From: Octopus sinensis
Lineage: Eukaryota
Assembly: GCF_006345805.1 (NCBI RefSeq)
Contig: NW_021836954.1
Location: 1 to 22,083, forward strand
DNA length: 22,083 bases
Reading direction: 5' to 3'
The notes beneath the pieces were generated by a model that did not search any database, was not told where the DNA came from, and saw only the letters and a list, made by a program, of their open reading frames with translations. The first letter of the stretch is position 1, and the number at the start of each line of letters is the position of its first letter. The position numbers and the translations under genes were made by a program. Below, piece by piece: positions 9,167-18,790 of the stretch.

Positions 9167-12100
9167 TTTTTTTTTCTTCTTTCAAATTTTCTTCCATTTC
9201 TTGCCGAGTGTCTTCCCGACTCCTAGGGCAAAGAAACTCATAGTGTATATTGGTAGGCCATTAAACCAAACTCAGTAGTTCGTTAATTTTTTTTTTTTTT
9301 TTTTTAAGTTAAATTAAAATGCATGAGCAGCAACAGTTCTCACATCGACAATGCTCTTCTCAATACGTGTGATGTACCAGTTAAGACAATCTTTTGCACT
9401 TCTTGCAGGGATGGTAAGCCAGGGATCATTCTCATATAATTTCGGTTCCCTTCTTGATCATTCCTAGTGCTCCTACGATCACTGGTATTGTAATCGCCTT
9501 GAGATGCCACATTTTCTCAATTTCAATGAGTAGGTCTTTATATTTTCTGAGCTTGTCAAACTCTTTCGCTGAGATATTATGATCACAGGGGATGCTCATG
9601 TCGATCAATAAGCAAACTTTATTGTTTTGGTCTTTCACAACAATATCTGGTTTATTGGCCTTGATGGTTCGGTCTGTATGTACTGGAAAGTCCCACAGAA
9701 TGGTTACATTTTCTCCTTCAGTTACAGCCTCAGGGTGGTGATTATACCACTTGTCGGCCAGTTTTGATATTGTAATGCCGACTTATTAGCCAGTGGAGAT
9801 ATTGGCCAACTCTGTCATGTCTAATTTATACTCCACTGGTGCTAAGACTTTACATCCAGAGATTAGGTGGTCCACTGTTTCAATCATGTCGTTGCCAGAA
9901 TCGGCATTTTGGGTCTGCTCCATTTTTCATCACATTGGCCTGGTAGTTCCGGGTTGATAGGCTTTGGTCTTGAGCAGCCAGGATGAAACCTTCGCTCTCT
10001 GCTTTTAGCCCTGAGCTCCGCAGCCACTGATGGGTTTGCTTCTGGTCAACATCAGCTTGTTTGCTGCGGGTCACATATTTGCCGTGCAGAGGCTTCTCCT
10101 CCCACCTATCAGCCAATTGCTCGTGCGCTTTTTTCATTGCCATCATTTTCACCTTCTTTGCAACAATAGTTGCCGTACTTCCCTCGGGTTGTTCAGTTGG
10201 GTATCCTGCACGAGATCAATAGCAAATTTTTTGCTTTCCTTGATGATAGAATGAAGCTTCTTTCGTCTCTCGTGATTTTCCACGAGCTTTAGCATCCAGT
10301 CATTCGATATTTCGAGATATTTGGCCAGTCCAAATGTGGTTGTTTTGTAAGCTAGTTCAAATTGGATCAGGCCTCGACCTCCTTGGGCTCTGGGAAGGTA
10401 AAGGCGATCTACGTCTGCCTTTGGGTGGTGCATCCTATTACAACTCAGCAGCTTGCGTATTTTTCTATCTATATTCTTTACTTCACTCATATTCCAGTTC
10501 AACACATTGTAGCTATAAGTAACAACTGGAACTGCTATGGAATTTATAGCTAACACCTTGTTACGTGCATTTAGTTCAGATTTCTGGACTGCACGAACTC
10601 TCCTATAACATTCCTTCCTGATTTTCTCTTTCATGCTTGCATGCTGAATACCAGAACCTTCATTTATCCCTAAATATTTGTATGTTTGTTCTTGCTCAAG
10701 CTCTCTTATGACTGTGTCAACATCTAACACGACTGAATTTGTGGTCTTCACTTTCCCTTTCTGGAAAGTGGCCTTGGCACACTTCTCAAGTCCAAACTCC
10801 ATCCCGATGTCATCACTGAATGATTTCACGGTGCGCAATAGGCCTTCAAGTTCATTATTGTCTTTACCATAAATTTTTAAGTCATCCATATAAAATAGAT
10901 GGCTTATTTTTTTATTGGCAATTTTTACCCATACCTTGTTCTGTTTAATTCACTTGTAAGGGGTATTAGGGCTATGCAGAATATTAAAGGTGAAAGTGAG
11001 TCACCTTGAAAAATTCCACAGTTGATGTTTATATTTTCTGAGGCAAGTACTCCATTAGAGTGGTATAATTGGAGATTCGTATTCCACAACGACATATTGT
11101 GCTTCAGGAAGTTTGAAATCACAGGGGAAATTTTGAAGATGTCCAGCGATCTCAAGATCCATGGATGCGGTATACTGTCGAAGGCCTTTTTATAGTCAAT
11201 CCATGCGGTGCTGAGATTTCTTCGCTTGTTGTGACAGTTCTCAAGGATCACTACGATTGATTAGCAGTTGATCTTTGCATCCGTAAGAGCCTCGGCAGCA
11301 CCCTTTTTGTTCAATGGGGAAAATATCGTTCTTCTCCATGAATGCATATGTTTTCTCCGCCAGGATAGATGTTAGGATTTTATACGTGGTGGATAGACAG
11401 GTATAGGCCGATAGTTTTTTGGAAGGTTGGTTTCGTTATTCTTTGGGAGTAGGTAAGTAATGCCACTTGCTAACCATTCAGGTGTTTTCTTTGGGTCTCT
11501 CATAATTCCATTGAGCAGCTGAACTAGCTTACCGTGTGCGCACGGGAGCGATGCGAGCCAGAAATTCGACACCCTATCTTTACCGGGGGATTTCCAATTA
11601 TGGGCCTTCGTGAGTGCCTTTCTTAGGTCTGCTATTGTGATGTCTTCCCATGCTTGTTGTTGTAAATTTTGGTAGGATCCTTCAGTTTGTATAATCCAGT
11701 CTGCATTTATGTTGTACGTCTTCTTGTCTCTCCAAATCTTTTTCCAAAAGTTTTGAACTTCTTCCATGGGAGGGGGGTCTTTAACGGTTACTTTCTCCTT
11801 CCCTATTTCTCTGTAGAATTTTTTGGCATTGGATGTGAACAGCTTATTTTGCTTGTAAAACTTGTTTCTCTTCTCAAATCTTCGTATTCTTTGGGCTTTT
11901 GCTTGGACTTTTTGTTTCAGCGTTTCTTTTATTGATATCAGTTCTTCTCTTGGTGAGGATCCAAATTTTCTCTTCATCTTTCTTCCTGTTCTGGATCTTA
12001 CATCATTTCCACATATTAGTTCATTTAATATTGATATTTCCCCTCTCATAAATTCAATCTCTTTTTCAATTTTACTTCTCCAGGTTTGATTTCTTCCCAG

Positions 12101-13016
12101 GTTTTGTTTTCTTTGTTTTTTCGGGGCATACAGCTGGTTTCAATTGCCCTAGCAGAAGCGTAAATAATTTCATTTAACTCAGTAAAATCAGGTTTTAATT
12201 CTCGTATTATTTCATTTGTTACATAGTTGCCAATTTGGATTTGTTTTTTATTTTGGTTTGTATTTGAGAGTTTATGAAGTGGTTCTCTATCATTCATACT
12301 TGTATGTCTTACAACTTCCAAGCGTATTCAGGATTTTCTGCTCATTTCTTTCTGCTATAGACTCTCTGTGTTCTTCAGCAAATGCGAGATCTTCAGTTAC
12401 TGTTGCTTTTTCGTTTTCCTGGCTATCTTTAACAGGTACAATAGAATTTCTTGTATCTTCAGGCCTTTGCGTACTTTGGTCAGATGGCAGTCTTTCAATA
12501 AGCCTCGTGGCGGGCTATACTGTTCATCTGATTCTTCATTTCCTTTGTGTCTTATATTTATGTCATTTTCCGTTGCGTGCTTGATCGCGCTTATTTCACT
12601 GTCTGTGAGTCTGTTATTTCTAAAGATATCCCTCCTCACATTTGCTAATTTGTTCTCGTCCAAATAGGGCCTACTGTCTTGATTCCGTGTTCTCCATATA
12701 CTGTAAGAGTTTGCGGTGTGTCTCTCTTGAGATGGCCTACCTAATGCATAGTAATAAGCGTATATTACTTCTTTATACTCTTCTCGGGTCCATTTGTTCC
12801 GCTTACATTTTTCTTTCTGTGGTGGTTGTGGTGGTGAACTTGGAGGGCTCGAGTTGGGGGATTTCCCGTTCAAGTGACCATCCATGTCCGTATTCGGAGA
12901 AGAGTTTGTGCCAGTTGATGACTTTTCGATCCCAGGCTGGCTCTTCCCTGGGGGACGCGCTTCCAGATTAACCATAGGACAAGCGATTTGGTATACTGAT
13001 TTAGTTTTCCTTTTAG

Positions 13017-13017
<1 letters not shown>
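9166..13017 (-). mobile_element. Apparently full-length R4/Dong-clade non-LTR retrotransposon (about 3.85 kb) inserted in (TAA)n
   Basis: Single long ORF architecture, about 40-nt 5' leader, about 175-nt 3' UTR, TAA arrays at both ends (9094-9165 and 13018-13060). The N-terminal KWTREEYKEVIYAYY...KLANVRRDI block is typical of the R4 clade from my knowledge of the family. Confidence 0.92.
9340..12975 (-). pseudogene. RT + CCHC zinc knuckle + PD-(D/E)xK restriction-like endonuclease polyprotein (about 1200 aa), frameshifted as assembled
   Basis: KSPGKD, NYRPI(T)CL, DYKKAFDS, GIFQGDSLSP, YMDD, YKYLG; C-x2-C-x8-H-x4-C (CRFCNDMIETVDHLISGC after one frame correction); KPD-x14-D and KLRKY; ends ...VLRRALSM* (TGA 9340-9342). 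Joins track ORFs 12397-12975, 12046-12321, 11372-12049, 10925-11251, 10149-10889, 9880-10152 and 9432-9638. Confidence 0.93.
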
Positions 13018-13060
<43 letters not shown>

Positions 13061-13269
13061 GAAGGTGGCGGGCTGGCAGAATCGTTGGCACGCCGGAGAA
13101 AAAGCTTAGTGACATTTCGTTTGTCTTTTCGTTCTGAGTTCAAATTCCGCCGAGGTCGACTTTGCCTTTCATCCTTTCGGGATCGATAAATTAAGTATCA
13201 GTAAAACACTGGGGTCGATGAAATCGATTATCCCCTCCTCCAAATTTCGGGGCTTGTGCCTATAATAGA

Positions 13270-13270
<1 letters not shown>
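13061..13270 (+). mobile_element. SINE family 1, tail subtype B, with (AAT)n tail
   Basis: ctggcagaatcgttggcacgcc...gagttcaaattccgccgaggtcgac...ctggggtcgat...cttgtgcctataatagaaa then AAT repeats. Confidence 0.85.
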
Positions 13271-13305
<35 letters not shown>

Positions 13306-13310
13306 TATTA

Positions 13311-13389
<79 letters not shown>
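13269..13389. repeat. Spacer-less inverted microsatellite (AAT)n|(ATT)n, centre at 13304/13305
   Basis: Direct reading: ...aataataa|ttattatt... Confidence 0.9.
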
Positions 13390-13906
13390 TGTTTGACTTT
13401 TGCTTTATATTTGTACAAGTTGGCTCCAAGTCTCACCCAGAGACCTCAAGAGACAACAGGTTGGAAGTTCACGTTGTTGTTATGCCTAGTGTGCCATATA
13501 TTTGGTTGTTTTTTGTGTTATACTAGTGGATGTCTAAAAAAAAAATGTTTGTTTTAAACCTTGAGATTACATAGAAAGTATTTTGCGTAGGATATGAGCA
13601 GTTCCTATGAGCACTATCTTTTGAATTTCTGCCATTTTTGGGTTTCCTGGTATCTGAGTTAGGTAGCAATCAGCCCCTTTTGCTATCATTCCCAGGGTAC
13701 CTCTGACAACAGGTATTGTTTTAGTCTTCAGGTTCCACAGTTTGCTGATTTCTATTTCAAGATCTTTATATTTGCTCAGTTTTTGGTAGGTCTTGACAGA
13801 TACGTTTATATCGATTGGGACAGTCATATCAATGAGGAGGCATGTTCTTTGTTTGAAGTCTTTCAATATGATGTCTGGCCTATTTGCATCTACCTTCCTG
13901 TCAGTT
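13390..13906 (-). mobile_element. 5'-truncated R4/Dong-like LINE fragment C (endonuclease domain + 3' UTR)
   Basis: Uninterrupted TDRKVDANRPDIILKDFKQRTCLLIDMTVP...KLSKYKDLEIEI...GTAHILRKILSM* (13567-13906); TTA arrays on both sides. The poly-I/N N-terminus of the track ORF is microsatellite. Confidence 0.92.
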
Positions 13907-13925
13907 ATTATTATTATTATTGTTA

Positions 13926-13967
<42 letters not shown>

Positions 13968-14044
13968 TATTATTATTATTATTATTATTATTTGAAGTAA
14001 TAGTAGTATTTTTAGTTGTAGTAGAATTTGTAATATTAGTATTA

Positions 14045-14254
14045 AAGCAGTGAGCTGGTAGAATCGTTACCGCACCAGACAAAATGCTTAACAGCATTTC
14101 TTTCGGCTTCACGTTCTGGGTACAAATACTGCCGAGGTCTACTCTGCCATTCATTCTTTCGGCGGTCGATAAAAGTAAGAACCTGCCAAGTACTGGGGTC
14201 GTGTAATCGACTTGTTTTCGCCTATAAAATTTCAGGCCTTGTGCCTATAGTAGA

Positions 14255-14256
<2 letters not shown>
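14045..14256 (+). mobile_element. SINE family 1, subtype B, more diverged, with (AAT)n tail to about 14377
   Basis: gagctggtagaatcgttac...ctgccgaggtctac...gtactggggtcg...ggccttgtgcctatagtagaaa. Confidence 0.8.
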
Positions 14257-14329
<73 letters not shown>

Positions 14330-14377
14330 TAATAAACATATAATAATAATAATAATAATAATATAATAATAATAATA

Positions 14378-14793
14378 AAAGATGGGCTACAGCAAATATT
14401 CTGCTCAATACCACAGATTTGCTTGTCAGTTGTTTGACCTTTACCAGTTGACCATGTCCCTTAGTGGATGACGATATTTGCATCTCTGATCGCGAGCAGA
14501 AGTAGTTGGGGAGCATCATAGACATGTGTTGAAAGGAATTCTTAGAGGTTTGGATAATTCATCCTTAAACAATCCTTATTCAGAGACCTTTTGACCAGAA
14601 GAAAATTCTAATTGGGTCCCACCTGCAAGGTCATGCGCTGTTTATCTTGATATGAGATCACCATGTCGCGCACATATGGTTGTGATGCATGTGCCTGGTG
14701 TACCCTTATCAAGCGGGTAGTCATGATGGGTATACTGGGTTTCGTATATTTTACCCCAGTGTCACTTTGATGGCATGCACTGCTCTCTCACTC
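14378..14793 (+). mobile_element. Short non-coding TAA-flanked element, copy 2
   Basis: Shares its last about 235 bp with copy 1 in inverted orientation; flanked by (AAT)n and (AAC)n/(AAT)n. Confidence 0.75.
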
Positions 14794-14829
14794 AATAACA
14801 ACAACAAAAACAGCAACAACAACAACAAC

Positions 14830-14881
<52 letters not shown>

Positions 14882-14883
<2 letters not shown>

Positions 14884-14944
14884 CAAAGTGACACTGGGGT
14901 AAAATATACGAAGCCCAGTATACCCATCATGACTACCCGTCTGA
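14882..14944 (-). repeat. Inverted fragment of the short element
   Basis: 14882-14939 is the reverse complement of 14714-14771 (58 bp, one mismatch). Confidence 0.9.
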
Positions 14945-15074
14945 GGCTCAGCTCAACCATGATCAAAGAAGCTTATGCTCAAAGGCGTTCTAATTGTGAT
15001 CACCCCTTCTTATTTTCTGACATATTGTATTCAGGACTACATAACGAAACGTTGTCTTATCTCTTTTCCAAAGA

Positions 15075-15140
15075 CAGCAAGGTGTGATGTAGGGAGATTT
15101 CGCTGCCAGTTTTAGCAGGTCGATTGACGCCGTAGAGGTT
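15075..15140 (+). repeat. Diverged dispersed repeat fragment; a related piece lies in opposite orientation at about 5845-5910
   Basis: agggagatttcgctgcc..ttttagcaggtcgattgacgccgtagagg versus the reverse complement of ccaacgaggaagctc..tacgctgtcgcttgacttgcta..gtcaaacttccct. Confidence 0.35.
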
Positions 15141-15296
15141 ACTTCTATTTATTTTTTTTTATATACATTTGTTATTTGTCTGTGAAAATTCTCTCCCATT
15201 CGATATCCACCTCCTCACTTCCATTAAAACTATCGATTTCTCCTTAGAATTCTTTGTTATTTTATCAAGCCTTAAACATTTATGAAATATTTGTAA

Positions 15297-16010
15297 ACGC
15301 GCGCGCGCGTATGTGTGTATGTGCGCACGATAGGGTGTATGTGTGAGTGTGTATGTTCGTGAGTGTGTGTGAGTGTGAATGTGTGAATCTGTATGTGAGT
15401 GTGTATGTGAATGGGTGTACTATGTGTGCACGTATGAGTGTGTGTATGTATGTGTGTGTGCGCGCGCGCGTGTGTGTGGTGTGTACGTTTGTGTGTGCGC
15501 ATGCTTTAGTCTGTGTATATTTGTGTGTTTGTGTGAAAGAGGTGTGTATGTACGTGTGTGTTTGTATGAGTGTGTAAGAATGTCTCTCTATGTATATGTG
15601 TGAGAATGTTTTATGTGTGTGTATGTGAGTGTCTGCGCATATGCATGAATATATGCGTGTGTGAGAATGCTTAGCTGCTATATGTGTAAGAGTGCGTGTT
15701 TGTGTGTATGAGTGTCTGTATATATTTGTGAATATGATTTTAGTCTATACTATGTAAGTATGCATATATACATGAGTGTCTGTGTGTAATATGTGTGCGT
15801 AAATATCAGTTTATTAATATATGTGTGTATTTACATATTAATAAATCAATGCGTATGTGTGTGCGCGTGTAAGCGTCTGTCTGTGTATATATGTGAATGT
15901 GTGTGTGCGTTTCTATAAGTGTGAAAATCTGCGTGTATATACAAGCGTGTGTATGTGTACATGTGTGTATATACGTGTGTGTATATTTAACATCATTAGC
16001 ATTATGCTTT
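15297..16010. repeat. Degenerate (GT)n/(TATG)n-rich low-complexity tract
   Basis: Direct reading; explains the ORFs at 15272-16120. Confidence 0.9.
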
Positions 16011-16889
16011 CTGCCTTCCATTTAAAAAAAAACAACAAAAACGAAACAACAACAACAAAAAAGAAACAATACAAGACAAACAGCTTTATTCCACCATTAT
16101 GTTTTCCGTTTTCTGGATAAATGAAACCTAAACAATTATTTAATATTAAGTGTCTGTTTGTGTGGTCTACGTCATTAGATTTGTATCTCATATAAAAACA
16201 AATAATCCGCCATTATGATTTTTGCTAAATCCCAGCATTTATTCAATGTCAAAAATGACGGTAAAAAGCGGAAGATTTCATTCATCTGAAAATAACTGAA
16301 TTTACACGCCTATATTGCGCTGGCATTATCGCCAAGATTAATGGAAAAGATTCTGTTTTTAGTGTTAAGATTACTTTCTTCAATACATCAACATAATTGG
16401 TTTCCCTTTTTCACGTGTAAATGGCTAACATTGGCACAACGCTATAAATACATTTCTTTTTTTTTGTGGGAAAGGTTGTAGGCGACTTATTTGAATGCTA
16501 GTTGTTTTTATTACACCCTCCTTCATCCCTTTTAAGAATGAAAAACAAAGTCATCGTCGAAGGGGTTTCAACTAAGCGTGTAAATAAAAAGAAAAAAAAA
16601 CAAACAAAAACGTCTTAACTGAATATTACATGATATCCAGTCGACGTTCAAAGCCACCATATTTTTTTCTGAATAAATATAGATTTATAGGTTAGGAAGA
16701 AAACCATAATTTGGGAGAAGAGAGGAGAGGAGAGAAAGAAACCATTGAGTGAACTAAGAGTCTTAAGGAGGACGTAACTGAATACTAAGAGATATTTAAT
16801 CGGCGCTCTACTCCACGCCGTTGCGTCTCTTTTTCGTTCGTGAGGAAATGTAGATTTATAACTTGAGAAAACTAAAGAGAAAGGAATTG

Positions 16890-16995
16890 ATGATTAAATC
16901 GACACAAGAACTTAATAGGTATTCATTTTATCGACTCTGGGAAGCTGAAAGTTAGTGTTAACTTCAACAAGAATCGTATTCAAAACGTTTTAAAG
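16890..16995 (-). mobile_element. Highly degenerate family 1 SINE remnant
   Basis: gattaaatcgacac...ttcattttatcgact...gaaagttagtgttaacttc resembles the reverse complement of the core. Confidence 0.35.
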
Positions 16996-17142
16996 GCTTG
17001 AAACTAGATATCGCAGGAAACATCCCATCAAGTGTCTTATCGATTCTATTAATCTCTTAATCTATCGCCTCAGTAACCTTCGAATTTATCCATTTATATG
17101 TAATGTTTATAATTTTGATTATCAATATATTATTTAAACTAA

Positions 17143-17725
17143 GGCGGCGAGCTGGCAGAAACGTTAGCACGCCGGGCGAAATGCGTAGCCGTATTTCGTC
17201 TGCCGTTACGTTCTGAGTTCAAATTCCGCCGAGGTCGACTTTGCCTTTCATCCTTTCAGGGTTGATAAATTAAGTACCAGTTACGCACTGGTGTCGATAT
17301 AATCGGCTTAATCCGTTTGTCTATCCTTGTTTGTCCTCTCTGTGTTTAGCCCCATTGTGGGTAGTAAAGAAATAGGTAGTTCGTCTGTCTTTACGTTCTG
17401 AGATCAAATTCCGCCGAGGTCGACTTTACTTTTCATCCTTTCAGGGTTGATAAATTAAGTACCAGTTGCATACTGGGGTCGATCTAATCGATAGGTCCCC
17501 TCTCCTAAAATTTTGAGCTTTGTGCTTAGATTAGAAAAGTATATATTACTTAGCTGTTCAAGGTGGTGAGATGCCAGAATCGTTAGCACATCGGGTTTTC
17601 GTCTTTTCGTTCTGAGTTAAAATACCGCCGAGGTCGACTTTACTTTTCATCCTTTCGGAGTCGATAAGATAAGTACTTAATCCTTCCCTCGAAATTGCTG
17701 ATCATGTGCCAACATTTGAAATCAA
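17143..17725 (+). mobile_element. Tandem trimer of family 1 SINE (subtype A 17143-17375; 5'-truncated subtype B about 17378-17540; degenerate unit about 17560-17725)
   Basis: The core ttctgag.t.aaat.ccgccgaggtcgacttt.c.tttcatcctttc appears three times (about 17212, 17396 and 17611). Confidence 0.85.
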
Positions 17726-18163
17726 TGTATTCATTAATCCATCAAACCACTACAATCACAAACCCTGATAAATAAAAGTCGGATTTTCAAACAAATAAAC
17801 TTACAATATATAAACATAAATGAAAAATTATCACATCGGCAGTTTCAGGATTCTCCTTTAAAAAGGATCTAGAAAACAAACAAAACAACATCAACAAAAG
17901 TAACAAAAAGGAAGTAACCCAAAGCCTGTTTAGTCACGCAGAGGTTCTTCATTAGTTTTTTTTCTTTCTGCATTCGCTATGAAATTAACGATCATTGAAC
18001 CTTTAACTTTATTGAAAGTCTGTTGACAAAAATCTTTAAAATTTATTAAATGTCTGTTTGCAATAGTTTTAGAGTAAATCAACTCTTAAATACATTTACA
18101 GCTCATCTGAACAAATAAACGCCATATTACTTCAATTTTCTTTTGCGAGCGTCAAGTTTTGGC

Positions 18164-18206
18164 TTTCTTTCTTTCCTTCTTTCTTTCTTTCTTTCTTTCT
18201 CTTTCT

Positions 18207-18249
<43 letters not shown>
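18164..18249. repeat. (TTTC)n microsatellite
   Basis: Direct reading. Confidence 0.95.
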
Positions 18250-18447
18250 GTTCCCCCCGCCTGTCCGTCTCTCCACCTGTCTGCCAGGAACCTTCCCCCA
18301 CGAAAGTGTCATTCACGAACACACTTTTAATTGGATTATTCGACAGTTTTCCAAAACGGGGGAAATAAAACGCCCAGAGTTTATTACAATAAATGAATAT
18401 GCAAATAGATAATTAGATAATCAAATAATTAAGGAATTGTAAATTTA

Positions 18448-18790
18448 CACACATACATAAATACACATACGTACTTACATACATTCATGCATACATGCAT
18501 ACATACATACATACATACATACATAAACACATACATACATATATATATTTATATACGCTCACAAGACATATTCACTTTGTTAATATATACATAGGAGTAT
18601 GCATGAGCAAGTGCGCTTATATATATGTGTAAGCATTCTATGTACATATGTGAAAACGTTTATGTACATTTAAATAATCACTCGTTCTGATGTATACACA
18701 TACACATCATATATATGCACACATATTATACACACATATTACGCACACACACATACCTGCACCCATACACGCGTTCATACATACACGTAT
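18448..18790. repeat. (CATA)n/(CA)n/(TA)n-rich tract
   Basis: Direct reading. Confidence 0.85.

Noticed and set aside
10030-13189. Plus-strand ORFs overlapping the R4 element
   Set aside because: Antisense shadows of the retrotransposon ORF, with no motifs.
8769-14793. Inverted copies as TIRs of a 6-kb composite DNA transposon
   Set aside because: Each copy is separately embedded in TAA arrays, they differ internally, and there is no transposase or target-site duplication.
8734-14883. CRISPR-like repeat-spacer array
   Set aside because: The repeats are variable-length trinucleotide tracts, the intervening blocks are retroelements of 0.2-3.9 kb, and the context is eukaryotic with no cas genes.
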